DNA of 64,000 nucleotides from Escherichia coli 042 (GTDB lineage Bacteria; Pseudomonadota; Gammaproteobacteria; Enterobacterales; Enterobacteriaceae): NCBI RefSeq assembly GCF_000027125.1, contig NC_017626.1; one strand, 5' to 3'. Shown piece by piece: positions 45,810 to 57,183 of this stretch (position 1 is its first letter; each line of letters starts with the position of its first letter). The notes under the pieces were generated by a model. It saw only the letters and a program-made list of their open reading frames with translations, ran no database searches and was not told where the DNA came from. The position numbers and the translations under genes were made by a program.

Positions 45810-46526
45810 CTACAGTTTAAATGATACACCAATGCGATAACTGTTTTCCGATAAATTATCTCTGCCGTTGTAAACACCCTGACGGTCAAGGTAGTCATAT
45901 TCTATGTATGGCGTAATATCGGGCGTCATATGGTATTGTAGAACAAATGCATTTTCCGTCGCCCATTTCTTATGGTTTGCATAGCGATAATCGTTCTGTT
46001 TGCTGTATAGCGTCGTTTGCCATGCGAAGGTGAAATCACTATTAATATGGTAAGTGACATATCCATCCCAACGATGAACGTTATCACGAGACATATCACC
46101 GGATAAGTCTTGTTGTCGGTAAGCTTTCCAGTCGTAACGATAGCGAATGCCAAAATTAAGATCTTTTGTCGCGTCCCAGGACAGTTTTACGTAGGGTCCG
46201 TAGCGGGTGCCGTTGCTGCTAAAATGCGTTAACATTCCCGGGCGCACCGTCCATTGATCATCAAGTTTAATCGCGTAATTAACTTCAACCTGAACATCAT
46301 TGAGTGCGGCATTTTCCTTTTTATTATCATGAATGGTATTCCAGGTATTACTTTCCATGCTTGCCCACCATCCATTTTGCCATCCCTCACTGACTTTGAG
46401 TCGAGTCTCATAGGCATGGCTTCCGCTACGATATCCACCACGTACGTCCAGTGTCGCAGCCTGAGAAATTAATGGTGACGAAAAGCACAGTAATAATACG
46501 CCAGAAAGTATTTTAGCCTTTTTCAT
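45810..46526 (-). CDS. nanC: N-acetylneuraminic acid outer-membrane channel NanC
   Basis: Start at MKKAKILSGVLLLCFSSPLISQA; beta-barrel ending ...RIGVSFKL. Confidence 0.9.
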   Translation of the reverse strand: MKKAKILSGVLLLCFSSPLISQAATLDVRGGYRSGSHAYETRLKVSEGWQNGWWASMESNTWNTIHDNKKENAALNDVQVEVNYAIKLDDQWTVRPGMLTHFSSNGTRYGPYVKLSWDATKDLNFGIRYRYDWKAYRQQDLSGDMSRDNVHRWDGYVTYHINSDFTFAWQTTLYSKQNDYRYANHKKWATENAFVLQYHMTPDITPYIEYDYLDRQGVYNGRDNLSENSYRIGVSFKL

Positions 46527-47731
46527 AAATTTCACTCATTTGTAGGATACAGAAAGCAATACAAAGCCCGCATAAACAATTAGCATTTATGTTGTGTAAT
46601 ATTTTTTGCCAGGCTTATAGTGTCTTTGGCAATGGGTAGCTTATTTTATATTTTTTGTATAAGGTCTCCTGTGAAAATTCTCTTTTCACATTATTTAAAT
46701 AAACAGAGAGCCAGATTAAATACCTGAGTATAAAATCTCTTCTGATGTTTAATTGATTTGAATGTTCGTAAGCTATATCACTTACTCAATCCATTTTACC
46801 CAGAGTCATAAAATAGAGTGTTTGTTGATCTCATTTTCATATTCCTTTCAGACTGAAGTGCGTTTTCATCACCCGATGAGAAAGAACTGAAGTGATGTTT
46901 GCCATAGATTGCAAGATGCCCTGTCTCATTGTCTATCGCGGTGCACCTTTATACCTGTTATACCAGATCAAAAATCACGCAATCCATACAACAAAACCAG
47001 ATTTGCAATTCGTGTCACAAAATATGTCGATCTTTTTCTAAGAGGAAGATGCCATGTGAAGCCAGACGAACACTTGCGGTGGTCTTCAAAAACTAAAGAT
47101 ATTCTTTTAAATATCTGTTTTATAAATAATTTATTTAGAGTCTAAATAAGGGAAGCTTTGTAAGCTAACTCAGTGAGCTTGGTGAAAATAAGTGTTTACC
47201 CGCCATCAGGCTTAGCATAATTCTCATCATGAAATATGTTTCCTGGTTTGTGGCTTGTAACTGGTCACTCCTGAAGCCGATCTGGAGAGGCTTGTTGATG
47301 TTGGTGTTTTCAGGGTGATGCCTCACTTAGTTTGTTTGCCGTATCGCCCGGCGAACAGCTGTGATTGAGGAAGGTTTAAGTCGTAGTGACCAAAGCCATA
47401 TTTACCAACGGATGCAGATGAAAAAATCGTTTCCTGCTTTCCCCCATATCTCCATGATAAAAAGGAATGTAACAATCTCATGGTCTAAACTGACGAACCA
47501 GCCAGGAATAATCGCTAGGGACCTAAGAATTAGCATGATAATAGCCACTAAGAAATTACTGCGTTCCATGAAATAGCCATTTTGTGGCAAATGGAGTTGA
47601 CTAATAATGTCATATGTGAGACGGCTAGTTGAGCGAATATTAAATTTTGCTGAATTTTTTATGTTGATTTTACTTGTTACAGAACATATCACATGATATA
47701 TAGATAAGATTAGTTGGGTAATGACTCCAAC

Positions 47732-48235
47732 TTATTGATAGTGTTTTATGTTCAGATAATGCCCGATGACTTTGTCATGCAGCTCCACCGATTTTGAGAA
47801 CGACAGCGACTTCCGTCCCAGCCGTGCCAGGTGCTGCCTCAGATTCAGGTTATGCCGCTCAATTCGCTGCGTATATCGCTTGCTGATTACGTGCAGCTTT
47901 CCCTTCAGGCGGGATTCATACAGCGGCCAGCCATCCGTCATCCATATCACCACGTCAAAGGGTGACAGCAGGCTCATAAGACGCCCCAGCGTCGCCATAG
48001 TGCGTTCACCGAATACGTGCGCAACAACCGTCTTCCGAAGCCTGTCATACGCGTAAAACAGCCAGCGCTGGCGCGATTTAGCCCCGACATAGCCCCACTG
48101 TTCGTCCATTTCCGCGCAGACGATGACGTCACTGCCCGGCTGTATGCGCGAGGTTACCGACTGCGGCCTGAGTTTTTTAAGTGACGTAAAATCGTGTTGA
48201 GGCCAACGCCCATAATGCGGGCAGTTGCCCGGCAT
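47732..48235 (-). CDS. insB: IS1 InsB frame (expressed as InsAB fusion by frameshift)
   Basis: 167-aa intact frame, ...[20 protein letters not shown]... Confidence 0.85.
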   Translation of the reverse strand: MPGNCPHYGRWPQHDFTSLKKLRPQSVTSRIQPGSDVIVCAEMDEQWGYVGAKSRQRWLFYAYDRLRKTVVAHVFGERTMATLGRLMSLLSPFDVVIWMTDGWPLYESRLKGKLHVISKRYTQRIERHNLNLRQHLARLGRKSLSFSKSVELHDKVIGHYLNIKHYQ

Positions 48236-48429
48236 CCAACGCCATTCATGGCCATATCAATGATTTTCTGGTGCGTACCGGGTTGAGAAGCGGTGTAAGT
48301 GAACTGCAGTTGCCATGTTTTACGGCAGTGAGAGCAGAGATAGCGCTGATGTCCGGCGGTGCTTTTGCCGTTACGCACCCCCCCGTCAGTAGCTGAACAG
48401 GAGGGACAGCTGATAGAAACAGAAGCCAC
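48154..48429 (-). CDS. insA: IS1 InsA
   Basis: 91-aa [40 protein letters not shown]...; several substitutions relative to copy a. Confidence 0.9.
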   Translation of the reverse strand: MASVSISCPSCSATDGGVRNGKSTAGHQRYLCSHCRKTWQLQFTYTASQPGTHQKIIDMAMNGVGCRATARIMGVGLNTILRHLKNSGRSR

Positions 48430-48723
48430 TGGAGCACCTCAAAACACCATCATACACTAAATCAGTAAGTTGGCAGCATCACCCAGTTGATGCGCAACGG
48501 TACGATTATTCCAGCGAATAACACGGTATCGTTAGGAGCAGTAGGGACTTCGGCGGTAAGTCTGGGATTAACGGCAAATTACGCACGTACCGGAGGGCAG
48601 GTGACTGCAGGGAATGTGCAATCGATTATTGGCGTGACTTTTGTTTATCAATAAAGAAATCACAGGGCATTGCTAATGCAGGTACGCAATATTACCTGAA
48701 GCTAAAAACCTGCACGTTAGCCC

Positions 48724-48765
48724 TTTGTAGGCCAGATAAGACGCGTCAGCGTCGCATCTGGCATA
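48724..48765. repeat. REP-like palindromic element
   Basis: TGTAGGCCAGATAAGACGCGTCAGCGTCGCATCTGGCA, typical enterobacterial REP. Confidence 0.5.
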
Positions 48766-48827
48766 AACAAAGCGCACTTTGCCGACAATCCGAACAGAGC
48801 CCGCCATTGGCAGGCTCTGGTGTTCTT

Positions 48828-50171
48828 TTACGCTACCATGCTAATAATCAACACAATAATCAGCCCAACCACGGAGTTGACCAGCTCCAGCAGTCCCCAG
48901 GTTTTCAACGTGTCTTTTACCGACAGGTCAAAGTAACCTTTGAACAGCCAGAATGAGGCATCATTAATGTGGGTGAGGGTGTTGGAACCCGCAGCCGTCG
49001 CCAGCACCAGCAGCGCCGGATTCACGCCAACCAGCTGACCGGTTGCTGGATCAAGGATTGCAGCACTGATAATCCCGGCGGCGGTCATCGCCGAAACGAC
49101 ACCCTGACCCGTCGCCAGACGAATTAGCACAGTGATCAGCCATGCCATAATGTAGGGCGAGATATTGCCGTGGGACATCAACATGCCGATGGTGTCGCCA
49201 ATGCCGGTGTCGATGATAGTTTGCTTCAACACGCCACCCGCACCGATGATCAGAATCACCATTGCAATGCTTTTCACCGCACTTTCAAAAGCGTTCATCA
49301 CCCACTGCATGTCATGACCACGTGCGGTGCCAAAGAGTACGAATGCAACCACCATCGCAATAAACATTGCAATCGGCGAGGAACCGATAAAGTTAACCAC
49401 TTCCCAGGCAGGGGTATCTTTTACCAGCCAGATATTGGCGATGGTGGTGGAGATCATAATGATCGCCGGGATCAGCGGCACCAGAATCGAAACGCCGAAA
49501 GAGGGCAGATTGTTCATATCTACCGGTTGATCTGCTTTCAGGAATGATGGCGTTGGGCGCTCAAGATTGCCGAGGAACTTCGGCAGGATCAGACCTGCGC
49601 AGATTACACTTGGGATCGTCACCAGTACGCCATAGATATAAACCATCCCCATATCTGCGCCATAAGCATTCACCAGCGCCACAGGACCCGGCTGCGGTGG
49701 GAACAGTGAATGTGCGGTAGTGGCAGCTGCTACTGCCGGGATCGCCAGTTTCAGGAACGGAATTTTAGCTTCGGCGGCAATGACAATAACCAGCGGCGCT
49801 AACATGATAAAGGCCACTTCATAGAACATCGCCAGACCAAAAATCAGGCCGATGATAATCACCGACAGCTGTACATAGCGCAGACCGAGACGCGCCAGCA
49901 GCGTATGTGCTATCTGGTGAGCCGCGCCGGAGTCGACCATCAATTTACCGATGACCGCACCGAACACCACGATGATAGCCAGTTCCCCCAGCGTGTTGCC
50001 GAAGCCCGCTTTCATGGTGTGCAGCAGCGACATCAAATCCATGCCCGCCAGCATCCCGACGGACAGCGCCGCCACCAACAAAGCCACCATTGAATTGATT
50101 TTGAACTTCAAATTCAGTACCAGCATCAGACCAATGCCGAATACCACCCAGAGAATGTTAAGCACATGCAT
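48828..50171 (-). CDS. gntP: GntP-family permease (fructuronate/gluconate transporter)
   Basis: 447-aa polytopic transporter, divergent from uxuA as in K-12. Confidence 0.85.
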
Positions 50172-50510
50172 AACGTTTTACCTTACCTGGTTGAACCGTT
50201 GTTATTTTGGGCGACATGTTATGTAAATTGGTCAACCATTGTTGCGATGAATGTCACATCCTCTGATCAATAACCATCGATTACCCTTTGCTGCAATTTG
50301 CAGCAACAACCAGGAGAGTGAAATTCTTGTGATGTGGTTAACCAATTTTAGAATTCGGGTTGACATGTATTACCAAAAGGTAGAACTTATACGCCATCTC
50401 ATCCGATGCAACGCCACGGCTGCGGTCTGGTTGTTCATCCGGATACCTAAACAACTCCAGGGTTCCGCGTCTCTTTGCTGTGGAACCCACTATGTGAAAG
50501 AGGAAAAATC

Positions 50511-51695
50511 ATGGAACAGACCTGGCGCTGGTACGGCCCAAACGATCCGGTTTCTTTAGCTGATGTCCGTCAGGCGGGCGCAACTGGCGTGGTTACCGCG
50601 CTGCACCATATCCCGAACGGCGAAGTATGGTCCGTTGAAGAGATCCTCAAACGCAAGGCGATCGTTGAAGACGCAGGCCTGGTATGGTCTGTCGTAGAAA
50701 GCGTGCCAATTCACGAAGATATCAAAACCCACACTGGCAACTATGAGCAGTGGATCGCTAACTATCAGCAGACTCTGCGCAACCTGGCGCAGTGCGGCAT
50801 TCGCACCGTGTGCTACAACTTCATGCCGGTGCTCGACTGGACCCGTACTGACCTCGAATACGTGCTGCCAGACGGCTCCAAAGCTCTGCGCTTTGACCAG
50901 ATCGAATTCGCTGCATTCGAAATGCATATCCTGAAACGTCCAGGCGCGGAAGCGGATTACACCGAAGAAGAAATTGCTCAGGCAGCTGTTCGCTTCGCCA
51001 CTATGAGCGACGAAGACAAAGCGCGTCTGACCCGTAACATCATTGCTGGTCTTCCGGGCGCGGAAGAAGGGTACACCCTCGACCAGTTCCGTAAGCACCT
51101 GGAGCTATATAAAGATATCGACAAAGCCAAACTGCGCGAAAACTTTGCCGTCTTCCTGAAAGCGATTATTCCGGTTGCCGAAGAAGTTGGCGTCCGTATG
51201 GCTGTTCACCCGGACGATCCGCCGCGCCCGATCCTCGGCCTGCCGCGCATTGTTTCCACCATTGAAGATATGCAGTGGATGGTTGATACCGTAAACAGCA
51301 TGGCGAACGGTTTCACCATGTGCACCGGTTCCTACGGCGTGCGTGCTGACAACGATCTGGTTGATATGATCAAGCAGTTCGGTCCGCGTATTTACTTCAC
51401 CCATCTGCGCTCCACCATGCGTGAAGATAACCCGAAAACCTTCCACGAAGCGGCGCACCTGAACGGTGACGTTGATATGTACGAAGTGGTGAAAGCGATT
51501 GTTGAAGAGGAACACCGTCGTAAAGCGGAAGGCAAAGAAGACCTGATCCCGATGCGTCCGGACCACGGTCATCAGATGCTGGACGACCTGAAGAAGAAAA
51601 CTAACCCAGGTTACTCCGCAATTGGTCGTCTGAAAGGCCTGGCCGAAGTTCGCGGTGTCGAACTGGCGATCCAGCGCGCTTTCTTTAGCCGTTAA
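50511..51695 (+). CDS. uxuA: mannonate dehydratase UxuA
   Basis: Start at [40 protein letters not shown]. Confidence 0.95.
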
Positions 51696-51775
51696 TATCC
51701 ACCGGCATGGCTGCGCGCCGTGCCGGTTCCTTCTTCCTTGCCGTCACTCTCTGAAGACGGATTCTGGAGTTTACG

Positions 51776-53236
51776 ATGACTACTATTGTTGACAGCAATC
51801 TGCCGGTTGCCCGCCCGTCATGGGTGCATTCTCGTCTGGAATCACGCATTGTGCATCTCGGTTGCGGGGCGTTTCACCGCGCGCACCAGGCGCTGTATAC
51901 CCATCATCTGCTGGAAAGTACCGACAGCGACTGGGGTATCTGCGAAGTTAACCTGATGCCAGGTAACGACCGTGTGCTGATTGAAAACCTGAAAAAACAG
52001 CAACTGCTGTACACCGTGGCGGAAAAAGGCGCGGAAAGCACCGAACTGAAAATTATCGGTTCGATGAAAGAAGCGCTGCATCCGGAAATCGACGGCTGCG
52101 AAGGTATTCTCAACGCGATGGCGCGTCCGCAGACGGCGATTGTCTCTCTGACGGTCACGGAAAAAGGCTACTGCGCTGATGCGGCAAGCGGTCAGTTGGA
52201 TCTCAATAACCCGCTGATCAAGCACGATCTGGAAAACCCGACTGCGCCGAAGTCTGCGATTGGTTACATCGTCGAAGCCCTGCGTCTGCGTCGTGAAAAA
52301 GGGCTGAAAGCGTTTACGGTGATGTCCTGCGATAACGTGCGTGAAAACGGTCATGTGGCGAAGGTCGCGGTACTGGGGCTGGCTCAGGCGCGTGACCCGC
52401 AGCTGGCGGCATGGATTGAAGAGAACGTCACCTTCCCGTGCACCATGGTTGACCGCATCGTTCCGGCGGCGACGCCAGAAACCTTACAGGAAATTGCTGA
52501 CCAGCTGGGTGTTTATGACCCGTGCGCCATTGCCTGCGAACCGTTCCGTCAGTGGGTGATTGAAGATAACTTCGTTAATGGTCGTCCGGACTGGGATAAA
52601 GTGGGCGCACAGTTCGTTGCAGACGTTGTGCCGTTCGAAATGATGAAGCTGCGTATGCTGAACGGCAGCCACTCTTTCCTGGCATACCTCGGTTACCTCG
52701 GCGGCTATGAAACTATTGCCGACACCATGACTAACCCGGATTATCGCAAAGCGGCCTTTGCCCTGATGATGCAGGAACAAGCGCCAACGCTGTCGATGCC
52801 GGAAGGTACGGACCTGAACGCCTATGCGACGCTGCTGATCGAGCGTTTCAGCAACCCGTCTCTGCGTCACCGTACCTGGCAGATTGCGATGGACGGCAGC
52901 CAGAAGTTACCGCAGCGTCTGCTGGATCCGGTGCGTCTGCACCTGCAAAACGGCGGCAGCTGGCGTCACCTGGCGCTGGGCGTGGCTGGCTGGATGCGTT
53001 ACACCCAGGGCGTGGATGAGCAGGGTAATGCCATTGACGTGGTCGACCCGATGCTGGCCGAGTTCCAGAAGATTAACGCGCAGTATCAGGGCGCAGACCG
53101 CGTGAAAGCGCTGCTGGGCCTGAGCGGTATTTTTGCCGATGATCTGCCGCAGAATGCCGACTTTGTTGGCGCGGTGACGGCGGCATATCAGCAGCTGTGC
53201 GAACGCGGTGCGCGCGAGTGTGTGGCTGCGCTGTAA
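51776..53236 (+). CDS. uxuB: D-mannonate oxidoreductase UxuB
   Basis: 486-aa; Rossmann motif HLGCGAFHRAHQ. Confidence 0.95.
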   Translation: MTTIVDSNLPVARPSWVHSRLESRIVHLGCGAFHRAHQALYTHHLLESTDSDWGICEVNLMPGNDRVLIENLKKQQLLYTVAEKGAESTELKIIGSMKEALHPEIDGCEGILNAMARPQTAIVSLTVTEKGYCADAASGQLDLNNPLIKHDLENPTAPKSAIGYIVEALRLRREKGLKAFTVMSCDNVRENGHVAKVAVLGLAQARDPQLAAWIEENVTFPCTMVDRIVPAATPETLQEIADQLGVYDPCAIACEPFRQWVIEDNFVNGRPDWDKVGAQFVADVVPFEMMKLRMLNGSHSFLAYLGYLGGYETIADTMTNPDYRKAAFALMMQEQAPTLSMPEGTDLNAYATLLIERFSNPSLRHRTWQIAMDGSQKLPQRLLDPVRLHLQNGGSWRHLALGVAGWMRYTQGVDEQGNAIDVVDPMLAEFQKINAQYQGADRVKALLGLSGIFADDLPQNADFVGAVTAAYQQLCERGARECVAAL

Positions 53237-53260
53237 CTAACTGATTACCCTACAGACTTA

Positions 53261-53305
53261 CTGGTCAATCAAACTGATATTTGGTTGACCAGTTTTCGTT
53301 TTTTT
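53261..53305 (+). terminator. rho-independent terminator after uxuB
   Basis: Inverted repeat CTGGTCAA / TTGACCAG followed by TTTTCGTTTTTTT. Confidence 0.55.
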
Positions 53306-53374
53306 GCCCACCTGTACGTGCCAACTTCCAGTGCTAATGGTATAGTTTGAGATTAACGGGTGCCGTAAAATTGC

Positions 53375-53415
53375 CCGTTGTAGGCCGGATAAGGCGTTCA
53401 CGCCGCATCCGGCAA
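53375..53415. repeat. REP-like palindromic element
   Basis: GTTGTAGGCCGGATAAGGCGTTCACGCCGCATCCGGCAA. Confidence 0.5.
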
Positions 53416-53450
53416 AAATTTGATTAACCGCACCTAACGGACACAACACC

Positions 53451-54224
53451 ATGAAATCTGCCACCTCTGCGCAAAGACCTTACCAGGAAGTCGGGGCGAT
53501 GATCCGCGATCTGATCATAAAGACGCCGTACAATCCTGGCGAACGGTTGCCGCCGGAGCGTGAAATTGCAGAAATGCTTGATGTCACGCGGACGGTGGTA
53601 CGTGAAGCGCTGATCATGCTGGAGATCAAAGGGCTGGTGGAAGTGCGCCGGGGTGCCGGTATCTATGTTCTTGATAGCTCAGGCAGCCACAACACAGACA
53701 GTCCGGATGCCAACGTTTGCAATGATGCGGGTCCTTTTGAGCTGTTGCAGGCGCGACAGCTTCTTGAGAGCAACATCGCCGAGTTTGCCGCCCTGCAGGC
53801 TACCCGCGAAGATATCGTCAAAATGCGTCAGGCATTGCAACTGGAAGAGCGTGAACTGGCTTCCAGTGCGCCGGGCAGCAGCGAAAGCGGTGACATGCAG
53901 TTCCATCTCGCTATTGCCGAAGCAACGCATAACAGCATGCTGGTGGAGCTGTTCCGTCAGTCCTGGCAGTGGCGGGAAAACAATCCAATGTGGATCCAGT
54001 TGCACAGCCATCTGGATGACAGCCTGTATCGCAAAGAGTGGTTGGGCGATCACAAACAGATCCTCGCCGCGTTAATCAAAAAAGATGCCCGAGCGGCGAA
54101 GCTGGCAATGTGGCAGCATCTGGAAAACGTTAAGCAACGTCTGCTGGAATTCTCGAACGTTGACGATATTTATTTTGATGGCTATCTGTTTGATTCATGG
54201 CCGCTGGATAAAGTCGACGCCTGA
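53451..54224 (+). CDS. uxuR: GntR-family repressor UxuR
   Basis: 257-aa MKSATSAQRPYQEVGAMIRDLIIKTPYNPGERLPPEREIAEMLDVTRTVVREAL... Confidence 0.95.
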   Translation: MKSATSAQRPYQEVGAMIRDLIIKTPYNPGERLPPEREIAEMLDVTRTVVREALIMLEIKGLVEVRRGAGIYVLDSSGSHNTDSPDANVCNDAGPFELLQARQLLESNIAEFAALQATREDIVKMRQALQLEERELASSAPGSSESGDMQFHLAIAEATHNSMLVELFRQSWQWRENNPMWIQLHSHLDDSLYRKEWLGDHKQILAALIKKDARAAKLAMWQHLENVKQRLLEFSNVDDIYFDGYLFDSWPLDKVDA

Positions 54225-54237
54225 CTTATTATAATAA

Positions 54238-54268
54238 GCGCAAGGGTAAACGTTCCTTGCGCTTTCTT
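54238..54268. terminator. rho-independent terminator after uxuR
   Basis: GCGCAAGG-GTAAACGTT-CCTTGCGC followed by TTTCTT. Confidence 0.55.
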
Positions 54269-54461
54269 AAATTAAGAAGTCGCAATGAGTATTACTTTGT
54301 AAATTGCAGGGGATTGTTTAGCTATCTGTATAACCTGAATGTTAGTACTCATTCTTCCTGGTAGTTATTTACCAATATAATTCCATTCACCATTTTTTAA
54401 TTCAAACAGTTCTGGAAGAGATGACGGTTGCAGAGTCATACGTTTGAGTGGTGCATTTTCA

Positions 54462-55040
54462 TCACCCGGGATAGGCTTCTATACCAATTATTGGGTCATT
54501 ACCCAACTCAATATTAGCATTAAGTAATGCGGCAAGGGCGAATCCGGAAGAATTTGCTACCCCTGTTACCGTCATTATCTGATCAATATAGATATCAATC
54601 CTTGGCTGCTCATTGGTCCATCTTTTTGCCTGAGAAGCTGGAAGGGTTGAAATATATCCTATCGTGGTTCCGGCATAACCAGGAACATTGCAACCAGGGC
54701 CTAATGTTATTTCATGAACTGTATAGTCCTCAACAGGATCGAAAGGGCCTTTCATAAATAAATTTAGCCGTAATCCTTTTGCTAACTCTGTGGCAGCATG
54801 CGCCTTTTTACATATACCACCATATATTTCGTCTAAAGCTGAGGTGATTTTCAAGTTTCGATAGAGCATACGTCCTGTTGTTGTAATACCATTGAATTCT
54901 CTGCATGTTTCTGTCACATAATTAAATGGCCAGGACTCTTTACTAATATCAAGTTTTCTAATTTCGACAACGCTTTTTCCATCGTAATTATGGTTATTGC
55001 CACGAGCAAGAGGCGGAAGATAGATATTTTCCGTATCCAT
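54462..55040 (-). CDS. yjiC: YjiC-like hypothetical protein
   Basis: 192-aa ORF at the K-12 yjiC position downstream of uxuR. Confidence 0.75.
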   Translation of the reverse strand: MDTENIYLPPLARGNNHNYDGKSVVEIRKLDISKESWPFNYVTETCREFNGITTTGRMLYRNLKITSALDEIYGGICKKAHAATELAKGLRLNLFMKGPFDPVEDYTVHEITLGPGCNVPGYAGTTIGYISTLPASQAKRWTNEQPRIDIYIDQIMTVTGVANSSGFALAALLNANIELGNDPIIGIEAYPG

Positions 55041-55822
55041 GCGTGCACGTTCATGTTTACGTGTTAACTCACTGTCGACTTTTGGATGATGAAGGAAGTG
55101 ATTATCTGTAATAATTTAACTCTGAAGGGCATTGCTTAATGGCATAGACATAATAGTTACCTTTATGAGTATTTCACTGATGCTTAGAAAAATAGATAAA
55201 TTTTTCTGTAGTAAAAAGAGAAGTAAACAAATGACATGCATGTTTCTGTTGTAGTGATATCAACTCTACACAGTGATATTAAATGGTGGGAAACACTCTA
55301 AAGTATCAAAAAACGCTCATTTAAAATTATTTGCATGCAATTTAAAAGCATATCTTATTACTAATTGGAATTTGATGTTGCTATATTGATGTCTATATTA
55401 ATAATGCCTGTGAATGGTATTTTTGATGTATTTGATATGTTATCAATTTATATTATTTACAAACTAATTGTTTTAAATAATACATAGCTGATTATGCGGA
55501 AATAAATAATTTCCCACCGGAATTAAGTAGCGGTGGTGACAAGTATTTTCATCTACGTAACTATTCGGAATATTCAGAATATACTAGCGGTTTTTTTTTG
55601 AGTTTGATGATTTTTATCAAATCATGACTTTTTTCCTGAAAAGTCAGTAGATATTCATAGGCAAGTAAGGTTTTATACTTTGCTGACAGGATTCAGGCCT
55701 GTCTCAGACTGACATGGATGTAATGAACAAAAGGGAATGGCTATGGAAAATGAGCATCAATACAGTGGTGCCCGGTGTTCAGGGCAAGCCGCATATGTTG
55801 CTAAACGTCAGGAGTGCGCAAA

Positions 55823-56215
55823 ATGATGCGCCAATCACTTCAGGCTGTTTTACCTGAAATTTCAGGCAATAAAACGTCACCGCTGCGTAAATCAGTATGC
55901 AGCGATCTCCTCACTCTTTTTAATTCTCCTCATTCGGCATTACCGTCATTACTTGTTTCAGGCATGCCCGAGTGGCAAGTGCATAACCCGAGCGACAAAC
56001 ATCTCCAGAGCTGGTATTGCCGTCAGCTGCGTTCTGCACTGTTATTTCATGAGCCACGGATTGCGGCGTTGCAGGTTAATTTGAAAGAAGCGTACTGCCA
56101 CACTCTGGCGATCAGCCTTGAGATAATGCTGTATCACGACGATGAATCGCTAACGTTTGATCTGGTCTGGGATAATGGCGGTTGGCGCAGTGCGACGCTG
56201 GAGAATGTCAGCTAA
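55823..56215 (+). CDS. iraD: anti-adaptor protein IraD
   Basis: Start at [23 protein letters not shown] (130 aa). Confidence 0.85.
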   Translation: MMRQSLQAVLPEISGNKTSPLRKSVCSDLLTLFNSPHSALPSLLVSGMPEWQVHNPSDKHLQSWYCRQLRSALLFHEPRIAALQVNLKEAYCHTLAISLEIMLYHDDESLTFDLVWDNGGWRSATLENVS

Positions 56216-57119
56216 GCACAATCTCCAGCTCGCGCAGTTCACGCCAGAAGCGTTCGGCAACTGGATTCATGCGGGTATTCATCCGGTATGCATAGGCCTG
56301 AATCGGGATCACCAGTTCGTCCCGATTCAGTACAACGAGCTGCCCGCTGCGAATTTCTTGTTGGATGGCGTATTCCGGTAGCCAGGCAATCCCACAGCCG
56401 TCGAGGGCAACCTGCTTTAAAAGCTCGCTCATCGAAGAGACAAAAAAGGTGCTGAAACTTAACTCACTGTGGCGCGTCAGGGTGCGATTAATCAATCGCC
56501 CCATGTAGGAGTTGCGGCTGTAATTCAGTAACGGAAAGTGTGGCTGCGCGAGGTTAAAAAGTGCTTCTCCGTGTTCGTCACTGGCGCAAACGGGGAACAA
56601 TTGAGATTCAAATAAGCGAATGTGGTCAAACGGCGCTTCCAGCAAATCTTCGTCGTGAAAGGAAAAAATACAGTCACTTTGCCCTTCACGCAGTTTATCG
56701 ACCGCTTCATCGACATCAATAGCTTCAATTGCCCAGGTAAAGAGCGGCGGCATCTGGCTGATAATGGACGGTAACAGCCCGAGGGAAAGAGAGTGTGCAG
56801 CGGCTATTTTAATTTTGCGTTGCGCGTAATCGCTGCCACCACGGAGTTCTGCAAGGTTGCTCTCTAACTGTTGCAACAGATGGCGGATCTGCGAATGGAA
56901 TATTTTACCTTGTTCCGAGAGTTGCAGCGGCGTCACCTGGCGGTTAAACAATTCAACGCCAATCGCCTGTTCCAGCGCACGGATGCGGCGGCTGAATGCC
57001 GGTTGCGAGACGTTGCGACTGACTGCTGCCTGGGAAAAATTGCGGCATTTTTCCAGGGTCAGAAAATCATAAAGCCATTTAGTTTCAATATTATGCAAAA
57101 CCGCACCACAGTCATCCAT
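56208..57119 (-). CDS. hypT: LysR-family regulator HypT (YjiE)
   Basis: 303-aa LysR-type regulator with N-terminal helix-turn-helix. Confidence 0.9.
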   Translation of the reverse strand: MDDCGAVLHNIETKWLYDFLTLEKCRNFSQAAVSRNVSQPAFSRRIRALEQAIGVELFNRQVTPLQLSEQGKIFHSQIRHLLQQLESNLAELRGGSDYAQRKIKIAAAHSLSLGLLPSIISQMPPLFTWAIEAIDVDEAVDKLREGQSDCIFSFHDEDLLEAPFDHIRLFESQLFPVCASDEHGEALFNLAQPHFPLLNYSRNSYMGRLINRTLTRHSELSFSTFFVSSMSELLKQVALDGCGIAWLPEYAIQQEIRSGQLVVLNRDELVIPIQAYAYRMNTRMNPVAERFWRELRELEIVLS

Positions 57120-57183
57120 TACGTTTTACTCTGTCAGCCGCCCTTGCGGGCATTCTACGTCCATTCGGGCGGCTGACAACCGT

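Larger units (their letters stand above)
47717..48483 (-). mobile_element. IS1 insertion sequence (copy b), opposite orientation to copy a
   Basis: Ends GGTAATGACTCCAACTTATTGAT at 47717 and ...AGTAAGTTGGCAGCATCACC ending 48483; insA/insB on minus strand. Confidence 0.9.

Noticed and set aside
9121-48483. Interpreting the IS1-bracketed segment as one intact composite transposon
   Set aside because: The two IS1 copies are divergent, one has a disrupted insB, and no matching target-site duplication flanks the outer ends.
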